Positions 1 through 10,838 of a stretch of 64,000 nt of DNA are shown here, in pieces. Where the stretch lies: positions 98,845 to 162,844 of the forward strand of contig JBIJCF010000002.1 in NCBI GenBank assembly GCA_044344795.1. Direction: 5' to 3'. The position numbers were made by a program, and so were the translations under genes. The stretch is from Bacteroidia bacterium (GTDB lineage Bacteria; Bacteroidota; Bacteroidia; Palsa-965). Every line of letters begins with the position of its first letter. Position 1 is the first letter of the stretch. The notes under the pieces were generated by a model. It was not told where the DNA came from. It saw only the letters and a list, made by a program, of their open reading frames with translations, and did no database searches.

Positions 1-2283
1 GTGACCCGTGATGCGCAGCTTCCAGGTTGGATGCTTCTTCAACAAGTCCGCCAACTCATCCAACGATGCTAATGAGCCCGGCTGAATGATGTCTTTTCCG
101 GACTGGAATTCCAGGTTATCAAACGCTTTCTTTACAATCTCTTGCTCTTCCTTCGTCAATACTACCGCTACATCTTTGATTTCAACTTTTTGCAATCCGT
201 TACCTGCAGGCTTCGGAATATCGAAGCGGAACAAGCGATCTACCTGACTGCGCAACGCACGTTTGTTAGCACCGTTTACAACCACTTTCACTTCGTTAAC
301 GCCTTCCGTGTTGTCGCCATCCAAACGGAATACGCAAACAGAGTCGCTTGGCAATGATTCGTAAGTGAAGCTGCCATCTTTAGCTTGCTTGGTGCTCTTT
401 AAGCTCTGACCGGCAAGATCAACCAAGTGTAGCTTGATTTCAGGGCAACCTTCATTATCTACAGGGCCCGGCTTATCAGGGCACAAGTCAATCTTGTCCA
501 TTACACCATCACCATCACGATCCGGACATCCTTTGAATTCCAACAAGCCCGCTTCTTCAGGACAATCATCTTCTTTGTCGATGATCTTGTCTCCATCTTT
601 ATCAGGACAACCGTTAAACTCAGGAAGCCCCTTATCATCCGGACATGCATCCTGTTTGTCCATAACTCCATCGCTATCGCGATCCGGACAACCGTTGAAT
701 TGCTTCAATCCCGGCTCATCCGGACAGATATCTTCAGAATCCTGAACATGGTCACCATCGCGATCCGGACAACCCAAGAATTCCCAAACACCCGGTACTT
801 CTTTACACTTATCTCTCTTATCAGAAACTTTGTCCTTGTCCTTGTCTTTTGTTGGGCGATACATGATCGGAATTTTCAATGCGACATGTAAGTCAGCCCC
901 GTAAATAGTTTTCTTTTTGCTGAACCATGGTGCCAGGTTGTTAGTTCCAATAACGATTGGTCCTAAACGAATTCCGGCGCCTGTCTGAAAATTACGGAAT
1001 TGATTGTACGACATCGGCACCCAAATGCCCGCCCATTTCCAGTCGTAACGCGGAGTTAAGCTAAATGTAGTAAGATCGTGTACTTTGTTCGGATTGTTAT
1101 TCCATTGTACAGCCAGGAACGAGGTGAAGTTCAAATAGAAATTATCCCAAATATGATAATCTACCTGCACACTAAATGCTGTTGGAAGATTCATGCGGTA
1201 AAACTGATCAGTAGGTAATGCTGCAAAACGATTACGTAAGGTGTCGTCCAATGCACGAATTGGAATGCTGTCCAATTTTACGTCACGGAAATTCCATTGA
1301 TTAACTTCTGCAACGAAGTTGTTACTAAATTGGCCGCGTTCAAATTTAATTGAGCCAATGTCAGTGATAGAAGCGCCAACACGCAATTTGTATTTGTTTT
1401 TGTAGCGCATCCATAAATCTGTTTCGCCGTCCATGTCGTATTTGAACTTCTGATAATTCGGACGCCATTCGTACACAGCGCCGAGGTCAAGTCCGAATCC
1501 GGGTTTGGAGTCAATTTTATATTTAAAGCCACCTTCAGAAAATTCAAAATTGTTGGAGTGTGAATACTGAACGTCCGTTTTGATGAAAGTTAATTGGCTG
1601 TCATTAACTGTGAGGTATTGTAAATCATTGGCAAAAAAGAAGGCAGAGCCTAAACCCAACAATAACTTTGGTCGCACCCCAACTTTCAGGAAGTGCTCTT
1701 TGTTATCAATTACAGTCATGGCGTAAGTCCCACCAATTTCAGCCCATGTCATGTATTGAACGCTGAGCCTTTTATTAGTGAATGATTGATACAATGTACT
1801 ATCTCCGAAATCAGAGTAAATCAGATTTGCCATTGGATTCTCAACCCCGTCAACGTTAACATACGTACGAATACTTCCCGTTAACGCAAATGCACTTTTG
1901 TCGTTTAATGTTACCATAAACGAAGGCAACATGATACGATTACTTAAGAATACGGAACGAGCTTGGTCGTCTGTTTTACGAATCAGGTACTTATCCGTGA
2001 ACAACGTGTCATCGAATGCAGGAAACTTTAATGAACTCGGATTGGTGAGTTTGCCTTCGTACTTCAAGGCTGCAGTATTCATACCCGTCCAATTGTTTCC
2101 GGCCATGAAATTGGTGCCGAATAGTACGATGTCTACTTTGTAGCGACTATCCGCAATGGAAGCCGGGTTTAGGTCAATGCCGTTAACGCCGGCGTAATTG
2201 CTGTTTGCATATCCCAAAAAATCCTGAGAAAATGCGGAAATGCTGAGCATAACTGCAGTTGCAATATAGAGAATACGTTTCAT
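1..2283 (-). CDS. OmpA-family outer membrane protein with thrombospondin type 3 repeats; the C-terminus runs off the left edge of the window
   Basis: ATG at 2283 gives [21 protein letters not shown], a signal peptide. The frame stays open to position 1, so it is absent from the ORF track. The reverse translation of 1-60 reads [20 protein letters not shown], the start of an OmpA-like domain. CPDxDxDG repeats occupy about 440-860. Confidence 0.85.
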   Translation of the reverse strand, partial: MKRILYIATAVMLSISAFSQDFLGYANSNYAGVNGIDLNPASIADSRYKVDIVLFGTNFMAGNNWTGMNTAALKYEGKLTNPSSLKFPAFDDTLFTDKYLIRKTDDQARSVFLSNRIMLPSFMVTLNDKSAFALTGSIRTYVNVDGVENPMANLIYSDFGDSTLYQSFTNKRLSVQYMTWAEIGGTYAMTVIDNKEHFLKVGVRPKLLLGLGSAFFFANDLQYLTVNDSQLTFIKTDVQYSHSNNFEFSEGGFKYKIDSKPGFGLDLGAVYEWRPNYQKFKYDMDGETDLWMRYKNKYKLRVGASITDIGSIKFERGQFSNNFVAEVNQWNFRDVKLDSIPIRALDDTLRNRFAALPTDQFYRMNLPTAFSVQVDYHIWDNFYLNFTSFLAVQWNNNPNKVHDLTTFSLTPRYDWKWAGIWVPMSYNQFRNFQTGAGIRLGPIVIGTNNLAPWFSKKKTIYGADLHVALKIPIMYRPTKDKDKDKVSDKRDKCKEVPGVWEFLGCPDRDGDHVQDSEDICPDEPGLKQFNGCPDRDSDGVMDKQDACPDDKGLPEFNGCPDKDGDKIIDKEDDCPEEAGLLEFKGCPDRDGDGVMDKIDLCPDKPGPVDNEGCPEIKLHLVDLAGQSLKSTKQAKDGSFTYESLPSDSVCVFRLDGDNTEGVNEVKVVVNGANKRALRSQVDRLFRFDIPKPAGNGLQKVEIKDVAVVLTKEEQEIVKKAFDNLEFQSGKDIIQPGSLASLDELADLLKKHPTWKLRITGH
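440..860 (-). repeat. Coding array of thrombospondin type 3 (Ca-binding) repeats inside the OmpA-family gene
   Basis: Minus-strand translation reads [100 protein letters not shown]. Confidence 0.85.
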
Positions 2284-2321
2284 GCTCAAGGTGTTAGCAC
2301 CGCGAATGTAAGAAAATACTG

Positions 2322-5033
2322 CTATTGTTCGATGATGGAATAGGCCACCAGTCGGTTCTTTGGCAATGTGGTTAACAAAATTGGTTGCTGATTCTGATGC
2401 ATACGCCCAATGCTAAAAATTGAATTTCCCTTAATCGGAAACCCGGCGGCCATAACACCTCCTTTATTGATCAGATAAAGTTCTTCGGAACCTCCTGTCA
2501 CAGCCCCAATGCGGACATCATTGTTGTCGAAGCGATAGAGACCTCCTGTATGTTTCACGGGCTGCTCAAAAGAGAATCGGAATTGGGCGCGTTGGTCATT
2601 GGCATACGTCACCAGCTTTTTCTCATCCATGGCGATATATTCGACTTTACCATCTTGGTCTAAATCTTCGCACATTAACCAATTGACATGACTGAAGTCA
2701 GGAAATCTGGTGCGTTCCAGATTATCACTTAAAGAAAGTTTGTAGAGGTTTCCGGAGGAGTCGATCGTTACAATTTTAGTTTTCACCAGATCTTTACCGG
2801 GCTCCAGGTAAATAAATCGTGAACGCTCCGGTATCTGTTCTTTAAGTTTTAGTCGCACATTGCCTTGTCTGTCGGTGATGGTAATTTTTCCGGATTGATC
2901 AGGCATGATGACGTAATCTTTTCCTTGCACGATGGTGTGTAACACCGGTGATTGCACAACGTCAGCATGTAAAGGGTTCTTCCAGCCTTCTACTGATGTG
3001 CCTTTTACGGTATAATTGTAAGTGCGCTTATCATTGCAGGAAACGAGGAGTCGGTACTCTCGGTTTCTCTCATAATCCATCACGGTTAACGGCGCTGTTG
3101 CCGTTGCTTTAAGTTTAACCGGGAAGCCGGGTAAATAATTACCGTTGCGATCAAGAATATGTAGTGCATTTGCGGTGACGAATGCCATTTGCAACTTGCC
3201 ATTCTTCAAAGCATCTACTTGATGTACGTCTCCGATTATAGCTTCGTTCAATTTTTTCTTCCAGAAAACGCTTCCTGTTCCGGAAATTAAGTACAGTTGA
3301 TGTGCTTCGTCCTGTATGGCAATATCGAGCCCATTTGTATTGTGATTTCGTAGCAACCATGGTTGTTTGAGAAATGCTGTATCTAGTTCGAGTTCCCACA
3401 ACGAAGCTACTTCACTTTTAGTTTGCGGATTGTGACGTAGAAATGCACTTGTATAAAATAGGTTTGGTTTCGTAATCATGTATTGTGTAAAACAACCGTC
3501 AAAACGCTCCATCGTTGTGCGATGTTTGGTGATGATGTCCCTGTGTTCAGGTGCAGTAAGTGCAAGAAGCGGTGAATTATAACGTGTCGGTGAAACGTAC
3601 GAAATGAGGGAGAAGTCTCTGTTCAAGTTACTTATGAAATCGGTATAGTTTGGATTTCGTGTTAAAGTGCGTTTATTCTCGTTTGCCAATAAGAAATTAT
3701 TAAGTGTTGCAGGAGTGGAAGCACAAACAACATAATGCCTGAAAATGGTAAAAAAACAGGTGTCAAGTTTTTCGAAGGAGTTACCCAAGGTCGCAGGTAA
3801 CATACCATCAACAGGAATTCGATAAATCGCCACCCCCGAGTCCTGAGGTGCAAGAATGGTGTCATCTTCTGAAACAAATCCTGTTAGCTTTCGAATAGCG
3901 TCACCGGTATTGGTTGCAGAGATCAGCGTAATGGTTTCGGTTGCTTCACCTGAAGCTAATTCTGCACGAACAATCTCGTTGCCCACCCACGAAGAAAAAT
4001 CTCGGTAAGGATCAAACCCGTGACTTTCCCTTAATCGATTAAGTTGTTCACGGCGCGTCGGCGAGTTATTGGTATTTTCCGTGTATTGGTCGTAAGCCTC
4101 AAGGAAAGTGCGGAAATTGCTAATACCATACGCTACATAAGAAATGGTATTAGCAGGTAATACTTTGTCCGCTTCAAATGTTTGACTTTCTTGATTATTG
4201 AATATTGATAAGAAGCTCATGTTGCTATCAGCACAAATGGTATAACCATTCATCAATAATGCATTTGAACGCCACGAGAGATCAACTTCCGTCCATGCAG
4301 CAAAATTGCCAATTGAAGCAGCATGATCGTGTTCATCCGAGGCAGCGAATGCCGTTAAATCTTTAGCAAGTTTTTGATAGTTTACGTAGAGGTTAATCGT
4401 TGCTTTATTGCCGGCAGTTTCTTTTACACGATTAAATGTCGCATTGCGATTCAGACTTCCTCCTGTACGTTTTGTTTCTAATGCTGTTCGCACTAAATCT
4501 TTATTGTCACTAATCAGAAGAATGCCATTGTCATTGCAAATGGATAAGCTATCATTTTCAAGCAGTATCGCTTCGCCGACAGTAACTTGTTTCGCATTTA
4601 AGGGCTGCCCGATAGCCGTTAATTGTTCAATTAAATGAGCCCCTTGTTGCGGATGATCCATTTCAATACTCAAAACATAACTGAAAGTATTGTTCTGAAC
4701 ACGATGTATGGAAAGCCATGCCGATCTGTCGGACGAAAATTCCGGCCCCGATTTCAATAGTTGCAGAATAGAATCTACTTGTGCAATGGCATTTTGAGAC
4801 TGCGTCCCCCAATCTAAATCTTGCACAGCCTCCCAAATGAGGTTGCCCTGATTCAATTGATTTTGCGCCTGTTTTAGATCATTAATTCGAAATACCAAGG
4901 AAGCCGATTCAGGAATTGCAGTTAATGCATCACCAACAGGCTTTTTGTGGTCGCGAAGTTGAAACCACGCCAGCAGTGCCCCAAGCAGAGCAATTGACAA
5001 AACGCCGATCCAAATAATTCTCCGTGTATTCAC
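2322..5033 (-). CDS. Hypothetical 903-aa membrane-anchored protein; the C-terminal third looks like a beta-propeller (FG-GAP-like)
   Basis: Long ORF with an N-terminal TM segment ([19 protein letters not shown]). The C-terminal region has repeated beta-strand units and a [10 protein letters not shown] Ca-loop-like motif. I recognise no catalytic motif. Confidence 0.6.
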   Translation of the reverse strand: MNTRRIIWIGVLSIALLGALLAWFQLRDHKKPVGDALTAIPESASLVFRINDLKQAQNQLNQGNLIWEAVQDLDWGTQSQNAIAQVDSILQLLKSGPEFSSDRSAWLSIHRVQNNTFSYVLSIEMDHPQQGAHLIEQLTAIGQPLNAKQVTVGEAILLENDSLSICNDNGILLISDNKDLVRTALETKRTGGSLNRNATFNRVKETAGNKATINLYVNYQKLAKDLTAFAASDEHDHAASIGNFAAWTEVDLSWRSNALLMNGYTICADSNMSFLSIFNNQESQTFEADKVLPANTISYVAYGISNFRTFLEAYDQYTENTNNSPTRREQLNRLRESHGFDPYRDFSSWVGNEIVRAELASGEATETITLISATNTGDAIRKLTGFVSEDDTILAPQDSGVAIYRIPVDGMLPATLGNSFEKLDTCFFTIFRHYVVCASTPATLNNFLLANENKRTLTRNPNYTDFISNLNRDFSLISYVSPTRYNSPLLALTAPEHRDIITKHRTTMERFDGCFTQYMITKPNLFYTSAFLRHNPQTKSEVASLWELELDTAFLKQPWLLRNHNTNGLDIAIQDEAHQLYLISGTGSVFWKKKLNEAIIGDVHQVDALKNGKLQMAFVTANALHILDRNGNYLPGFPVKLKATATAPLTVMDYERNREYRLLVSCNDKRTYNYTVKGTSVEGWKNPLHADVVQSPVLHTIVQGKDYVIMPDQSGKITITDRQGNVRLKLKEQIPERSRFIYLEPGKDLVKTKIVTIDSSGNLYKLSLSDNLERTRFPDFSHVNWLMCEDLDQDGKVEYIAMDEKKLVTYANDQRAQFRFSFEQPVKHTGGLYRFDNNDVRIGAVTGGSEELYLINKGGVMAAGFPIKGNSIFSIGRMHQNQQPILLTTLPKNRLVAYSIIEQ

Positions 5034-5230
5034 AAAGCAGAACTTGATTTTCTTGTGAAGTTACCGGGAGAATGAATGTGATCGTTAGTGCCCTGAAGCA
5101 GTTATGAAAAGGACGTTGTTAGGAAGTACGCAGCGTTCTTCTGCAGCATTGACGTGAGACGTAGAATGACAATAAAAGTTACAAACGGAACGTAAATACA
5201 TGGTACGAGTATTGTAATTTAACCTTACGT

Positions 5231-6619
5231 ATGAAGACCAAAGAACTCCATCATTTACTATACAGGGCAGCCTTCGGACCCACACCGCAGTTGGTGAAGG
5301 AGCTGAAAGGCATGACCCGCGCGCAGGCTGTAAACAAATTGCTTGAAGACGCCGGACGTATTCAGGATTTGTCGATTATTCCGAAGCCGGAAACTAATGA
5401 CAAAGGCGAAGTGGGTCCTTTAAAAACAGTTGGACTTATCCTGAAATCGCAAAAGGAGAAAGATTTATTAAATCTTGCGTGGATTGATAGAATGACAGTA
5501 GCGAAAGCCAGTTTACGCGAAAAAATGATTTTTTTCTGGCACAATCACTTTGCCACAAGTGCTCCGTTCGGGTGGCTTATGCAAATACAGCACAATACGC
5601 TGCGCCGTTTGGCATTAGGAAGTTTTTCTGAAATGTTACATGAGATTTCGAAAGATCCCGCGATGATAATTTGGTTAAACAACCAGCAGAATAAAAAGAA
5701 TGCACCCAATGAAAACTTTGCGCGTGAAGTAATGGAGTTGTTTACACTGGGAGAAGGCAATGGTTATACTGAGCAGGATATTAAAGAAGCCGCGCGAGCA
5801 TTTACAGGTTGGTTTGTGAATCAGAAAGGGGAATTTGAGTTCAACGAAAAACAGCACGACGACGGGAATAAAAGTGTTTTTGGGAACACCGGCAATTGGA
5901 ATGGGAATCACATCATTGATTTTCTGTTGACGAAGCCGGAGACTGCAGCATATTTATGTCGTAAGGTATATAAGGCTTTTGTGAACAATTCTGTTGACGA
6001 GAAGCGTGTCGAAGATTTAGCTGTACGTTTTCGGGCATCGAATTACAATGTTGAAGATTTGATGCGACATATTTTCATGGCGGATTGGTTTTATGACACT
6101 GAAAATATCGGCGCGGTCATTTGTTCACCTGTAGAACTGATAGTTCGTTATAAAAAACTTGTACAGTTTCAAGTGGATGATAAACAACAATTGGCATATC
6201 AGGAGTTACTAGGACAGACGTTGTTTTCGCCACCTAATGTTGCAGGTTGGAAGGGTGGACGTGCATGGATTGATAGTTCGACATTATTGTTCCGACTGAA
6301 TATTCCGGCGACAATTATCAATTCCAATGCCATCAAATTAAATAAGCGACCGGCTTTCGAAGAGAAGAATCGTGGCGAGAAACCGCAAAAAGACCAACAA
6401 GTTGCGGTGAAAAGTGATTGGGGAACGATGGTGAATTATTTCAAAGATGTACCTGCAGAGCAGTTAACGGACGAAGTCATTCAGTTTTTTATAACTGCTC
6501 CTACATTGCGTATTAGCAAAGAAATGATAGAGCAACATGTGGACACTAGTACTCCGCAACGTAGGATAATAACCACTATTGCGGCTGTGATGAAACTGCC
6601 GGAATTTCAATTGATATAG
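5231..6619 (+). CDS. DUF1800 family protein
   Basis: FFWHNHFATS motif and overall length fit the family. It is paired with a DUF1501 gene 8 nt downstream. Confidence 0.8.
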   Translation: MKTKELHHLLYRAAFGPTPQLVKELKGMTRAQAVNKLLEDAGRIQDLSIIPKPETNDKGEVGPLKTVGLILKSQKEKDLLNLAWIDRMTVAKASLREKMIFFWHNHFATSAPFGWLMQIQHNTLRRLALGSFSEMLHEISKDPAMIIWLNNQQNKKNAPNENFAREVMELFTLGEGNGYTEQDIKEAARAFTGWFVNQKGEFEFNEKQHDDGNKSVFGNTGNWNGNHIIDFLLTKPETAAYLCRKVYKAFVNNSVDEKRVEDLAVRFRASNYNVEDLMRHIFMADWFYDTENIGAVICSPVELIVRYKKLVQFQVDDKQQLAYQELLGQTLFSPPNVAGWKGGRAWIDSSTLLFRLNIPATIINSNAIKLNKRPAFEEKNRGEKPQKDQQVAVKSDWGTMVNYFKDVPAEQLTDEVIQFFITAPTLRISKEMIEQHVDTSTPQRRIITTIAAVMKLPEFQLI

Positions 6620-6627
6620 GAGACGAT

Positions 6628-7860
6628 ATGAGCAAGTATTCCAGAAAAGATTTTCTCAAGTTGTCGGGCTTAGCATCGGCATCCTTGTTGTTGCCCAACT
6701 TTTTAAAAGGCATGGGGATAGAAACAGATCCTCGCATGAGTGAGTTATTGCTGCCTGTTACCAATGGCAAGCGCTTGGTGGTAATACAATTAAGCGGTGG
6801 TAATGATGGGTTAAATACTGTCGTGCCTCGTGGTGATGATTTGTATTATAGCAATCGCTCGGGATTAGGATTGAAAGGCGCGGAGTTGATAAACCTCGAT
6901 ACGTATTTTTCCCTCAATGCCAAGTTGAGAGGCCTTGCTGATTTGTATATGAGTGGGGAAGTGACCATCATCAACAGCGTTGGTTATCCTAATCCTAATC
7001 GTTCTCACTTCCGATCATTGGATATTTGGCAAAGTGCTTCCGATGCGGATAAATATGTACAGTCGGGATGGATTGGCCGATGGCTGGACAGCGCCTGTAG
7101 CGGTGGTGATTATAAACCTTATTACGCCTTGGAGTTGGACGATGCCATGAGTTTGGCATTGAAAGGAAATACATTAAGCGGCATCGCGGTTAGTAATCCG
7201 AAGCGTATGAATGCGATGATGCAAGATCCGATGATTTACAAAACGGCAAGAGCATGGACAGCGCACGATGATGATGAACACCATATTGAATATTTGCACA
7301 AAACTTTGGCACAAACAGAAGTGAGCGTTCAGGCGATATATGAAAAATCCGGACGTAAGTTGTCGAAGGCTATTTATCCGCAACACGCATTCGGCAAACA
7401 TTTGAAGATGATTGCCGAGTTGATTATGGCGGATGCAGAAACTTCAGTGTTTTATATTTCACTACCCGGTTTTGATACGCATGCCGGACAGAAGAATCAG
7501 CAAGGTCGATTGCTCAATGTTTATGGTGATGCCTTGAAAGCATTTACACAGGATTTGAAATCGGTAAATCGCTGGAGCGATACATTGGTGATGACATTTT
7601 CGGAATTCGGTCGCCGTGTGAAACAAAATGCGAGTGCCGGCACGGATCATGGAACAGCAAACGTCATGTTGTTGGCCGGTGGCGGGTTGAATAAAAAAGG
7701 TATTTTAAATGAAGCGCCGGATTTGAAAAATCTGGTGGATGGAGATCTACAGTTTAAAGTGGATTTCCGTCGCATTTACGCATCCGTATTAAAAAACTGG
7801 TTGGGAGCTGACGCGAATGGAATTTTGGGTGCATCGTTTGAGACGATGGATTTTGTGTAA
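6628..7860 (+). CDS. DUF1501 family protein (sulfatase/alkaline-phosphatase fold) with a Tat-type signal
   Basis: SRKDFLKLSGLASASLLLP is twin-arginine-like. It also has the GFDTHAGQ, SEFGRR and GTDHGT motifs and the canonical DUF1800-DUF1501 pairing. Confidence 0.8.
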   Translation: MSKYSRKDFLKLSGLASASLLLPNFLKGMGIETDPRMSELLLPVTNGKRLVVIQLSGGNDGLNTVVPRGDDLYYSNRSGLGLKGAELINLDTYFSLNAKLRGLADLYMSGEVTIINSVGYPNPNRSHFRSLDIWQSASDADKYVQSGWIGRWLDSACSGGDYKPYYALELDDAMSLALKGNTLSGIAVSNPKRMNAMMQDPMIYKTARAWTAHDDDEHHIEYLHKTLAQTEVSVQAIYEKSGRKLSKAIYPQHAFGKHLKMIAELIMADAETSVFYISLPGFDTHAGQKNQQGRLLNVYGDALKAFTQDLKSVNRWSDTLVMTFSEFGRRVKQNASAGTDHGTANVMLLAGGGLNKKGILNEAPDLKNLVDGDLQFKVDFRRIYASVLKNWLGADANGILGASFETMDFV

Positions 7861-7904
7861 GGTCAATTCGTCCAATCCAACTGCTCTTCACGAATCGGTT
7901 TCAG

Positions 7905-8231
7905 TTATTTATTTAACGGCAGCAAAGATAATTTCTTAATTAAAAATTTCTTTTGTTCAAACTGCAGATACTTGGTAATCGGCTCCCCGGGTTTACCAAT
8001 TTTTTCAGGCTCTTTGCAAGGAATAGATTGAAGAATTAACGTGTCTTTGCGCACCTTCCATGTTCCTTCCGTGCACGCGTATGGCGTTTCTTTCTTTAAC
8101 GTGTAATAGAATGTACTATCCTAATATACTTGCAATGAAGCAATATAGTCGCCTGCAAATCCCTGATAAGTTTCTGTAAGAACCGATCCGGAAATAAGAT
8201 AAAATGCAAAAACGAGTAACGAGGGATACAT
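7905..8231 (-). pseudogene. Small secreted-protein ORF interrupted by one in-frame TAG (8121-8123)
   Basis: Hand translation from ATG 8231 gives MYPSLLVFAFYLISGSVLTETYQGFAGDYIASLQVY*DSTFYYTLKKETPYACTEGTWKVRKDTLILQSIPCKEPEKIGKPGEPITKYLQFEQKKFLIKKLSLLPLNK*. The same frame stays open for 72 more codons after the stop. Confidence 0.35.
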
Positions 8232-8239
8232 GCTACAAG

Positions 8240-8836
8240 TTAGAAAAGTCGAAGTTGATCGGGAAGTAAGCGGAACGATTTACGATGGTGAATGGTAATT
8301 CCGTGTTGCTTTATGGCTGCGCGATGATCCGCAGTGCCGTAACCTTTATTGCGAATCCACCCGTATTGCGGAAATTCTTCATGCAGTTCATCCATGCGAT
8401 CATCGCGGTATGTTTTCGCTAAAATAGAAGCGGCTGCAATATTTTTCATTTTAGCATCACCACCAATAATACACGTGTGCGGAATTTCAGGAAACGGACG
8501 AAATTTATTGCCGTCAATGAGCAGGTGCTCCGGTGTTGTGGTTAATTGATAAACCGCACGATGCATTGCTTCGAGCGCCGCCTGCAAAATGTTTATTGTA
8601 TCTATTTCTTCTACACTTACTTCAGCAACGCTCCAAGCAATCGCTTCCGATTCAATAATCGGACGTAGCAATTTACGTTGCTTGTCAATAAGTTGTTTGG
8701 AATCGTTCAGCAGCGGATGCTTAAAGGTTTGTGGTAATATAACAGCTGCTGCAAACACAGGGCCTGCAAGGCAACCGCGACCGGCTTCATCACAACCGGC
8801 TTCAATTAAATCTTTATTCCAAAAATTCTTAAGCAC
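8240..8836 (-). CDS. rnhB: Ribonuclease HII
   Basis: [21 protein letters not shown] active-site region; 198 aa. Confidence 0.95.
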   Translation of the reverse strand: MLKNFWNKDLIEAGCDEAGRGCLAGPVFAAAVILPQTFKHPLLNDSKQLIDKQRKLLRPIIESEAIAWSVAEVSVEEIDTINILQAALEAMHRAVYQLTTTPEHLLIDGNKFRPFPEIPHTCIIGGDAKMKNIAAASILAKTYRDDRMDELHEEFPQYGWIRNKGYGTADHRAAIKQHGITIHHRKSFRLLPDQLRLF

Positions 8837-8841
8837 GCTTA

Positions 8842-9972
8842 TTATTTATTGGGAATACATTTCATCATGCTATTCCAAAGCAAGTCTGCCGCTCTGTCCC
8901 ACGTGTACAATTGGCGGCGCACACGGCCTTTATTGATGAGTTCCTGACGCAGTGTTTCACTCTCTGCAATTTGTTTTAACCCTTTAGCAATACTTGCAAT
9001 CGAAAATGGATCTACATACAACGCAGCGTCACCTGCAACTTCAGGCATTGCAGTTCGGTCGGAAGTTAGCACCGGCACATCACATTGCATGGCTTCAATC
9101 ATGGGAATACCGAATCCCTCGAAGTAAGGAACATATGTTAACGCAAGAGCGCCGGCTGTTAAACCTTGCAAAGCATTATCAGAAACGCGCCCGGTGAAAA
9201 TTACGTCCTTAGAATTCGGTACATGTTTCAACGATTCTTGAAGGGCCGTGTATTTCCAATAATTGCCACCTGCTATCACTAATTTAATATCCGGACCTCC
9301 GTTTTTTCTGAATTCTCCGTACGCTTCAATTAATCGCGGCAAATTTTTACGCGGGTGCAAAGCTCCGATATAAAGGAAATATGGTTTTCCTTGTGCATAG
9401 TGGTTTCGCACGGTAGTGATTTCTGCAGATGGAAGTGGTCGAAATCCTGCACCTGCTCCGTTACACAAAACATCAATCTTATCTCTGTCTATATTGTATT
9501 TCGAAGCAATATCATTGGATGAAAATTCAGAAACGGTTGCAACACGTGTTCCTTTTCGCGCAAACTGCGGAAACTTGTCTTTATACCAACGTGTAATATT
9601 GGCAGGTAAATCTTCCGGATAGTGTTCGAAATTTAGATCATGTATAACCGGCAACATAGGCGTATTGCCTTTCAATGGAAGGAAACCATCGGGAGAAAGA
9701 AATAAATCGGGTTTCAAATCACGAAGAGCGCCATGCACTGAAAAGTTGAGCCAAATGTTAAATAGCCATGTACGACGAGCCGGTGGCATCAATTTAACAG
9801 GAGTAATGTTATCGCTGAAGATAAACTGAGCATCAATAGGACGGTCGAATAAAAAAACGAAATGTGCTTCCGGATGGCGCGTGGTAATTCGGGCCAGCGT
9901 TTCTGCGGTAAATCGTCCAATTCCGTCTAGTTTATTGGGGATGAGCAGTCGCGTGTTAACAACAATAATCAC
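8842..9972 (-). CDS. Glycosyltransferase family 4 (GT-B, group 1)
   Basis: C-terminal [21 protein letters not shown] motif; 376 aa. Confidence 0.85.
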   Translation of the reverse strand: MIIVVNTRLLIPNKLDGIGRFTAETLARITTRHPEAHFVFLFDRPIDAQFIFSDNITPVKLMPPARRTWLFNIWLNFSVHGALRDLKPDLFLSPDGFLPLKGNTPMLPVIHDLNFEHYPEDLPANITRWYKDKFPQFARKGTRVATVSEFSSNDIASKYNIDRDKIDVLCNGAGAGFRPLPSAEITTVRNHYAQGKPYFLYIGALHPRKNLPRLIEAYGEFRKNGGPDIKLVIAGGNYWKYTALQESLKHVPNSKDVIFTGRVSDNALQGLTAGALALTYVPYFEGFGIPMIEAMQCDVPVLTSDRTAMPEVAGDAALYVDPFSIASIAKGLKQIAESETLRQELINKGRVRRQLYTWDRAADLLWNSMMKCIPNK

Positions 9973-10032
9973 AAATCAAAGGTACACATACGCGCGGCAT
10001 TTGATTCGATTGAATAGAAATGAACAGCGACC

Positions 10033-10800
10033 GTGGTTGATAATGCTTATTTTCGCGCGGTGAAAAACAGAATCAAAGCAATCCTTCAGTTTGTTTTCGG
10101 ATACAAAACGTATCTGAAATGGTTTGCGTGGTATAAGGTGCGGAACTTGAAATCGGATGCTCGCGAGAAGGATTTCTTTTATTTTCTTGAATTGTTGCCG
10201 GAAACGGGTATTGTCCTAGACATCGGAGCGAACCTCGGTTTTTTGGCAGCGCATATCGCCATGAAAATGCCGAAAGGGAAAGTGATTGCTTTTGAGCCGA
10301 TGCCCGATAATGTCGAAACACTTAAAAACGTGATTCGAACATTTAAAATTAAAAATATTGAGGTGCAGACTTGTGCTCTTGGCGATGAAAATGGTGAGGC
10401 CGAAATGGTACTTCCTGTAGAAGGCGGATCGCGGCAACAAGGGCTGAGTCATATGGTTCATAAAGAAATTCAGGAGCACAATCACGGAATTCATTTTAAA
10501 GTGCCGGTGCGTCGTTTGGATGATATGGAAACGCTGCGCTCCAACAATGAGCCAGTTGTTGCTATTAAAATGGATGTTGAGAATTTTGAGCAGTTTGTAT
10601 TGCGCGGCGCACAAGAACTATTGAAACAGCATCGACCTCTGATTTACATTGAACTTTGGGATAACGACAATCGAAAAAAATGTTTTGAAATTTTGCGTGC
10701 TTGCGGCTATCATCCGCTCGTTCACGAAAACGGTAAATTGATTGCATTCGATCCCATTCTTCATAAGGAGCGTATTAACTTGTTCTTTCGGGTAGCATAG
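10033..10800 (+). CDS. FkbM-family SAM-dependent methyltransferase
   Basis: LDIGANLGFLAAHIA SAM-binding motif and FkbM-like length and organisation. Confidence 0.75.
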   Translation: MVDNAYFRAVKNRIKAILQFVFGYKTYLKWFAWYKVRNLKSDAREKDFFYFLELLPETGIVLDIGANLGFLAAHIAMKMPKGKVIAFEPMPDNVETLKNVIRTFKIKNIEVQTCALGDENGEAEMVLPVEGGSRQQGLSHMVHKEIQEHNHGIHFKVPVRRLDDMETLRSNNEPVVAIKMDVENFEQFVLRGAQELLKQHRPLIYIELWDNDNRKKCFEILRACGYHPLVHENGKLIAFDPILHKERINLFFRVA

Positions 10801-10838
10801 CCCGATTTTCATTATTTTCGCGACCTTATTACTCCTCT

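Noticed and set aside
434-745. A 103-aa plus-strand ORF with Ser/Pro/Gly-rich low-complexity sequence (and the neighbouring ORF at 700-891).
   Set aside because: It is the antisense shadow of the thrombospondin type 3 repeat array. The minus-strand frame gives clean CPDxDxDG repeats, which continue into an OmpA domain.
10073-10812. Several 60-130-aa minus-strand ORFs inside the FkbM gene, and the many similar short antisense or off-frame ORFs listed throughout the track (for example 3151-3399, 5362-5911, 27083-27596, 44512-44793, 52284-53261).
   Set aside because: All lie wholly inside longer ORFs with clear family motifs, and they show no signal, motif or start-site support.
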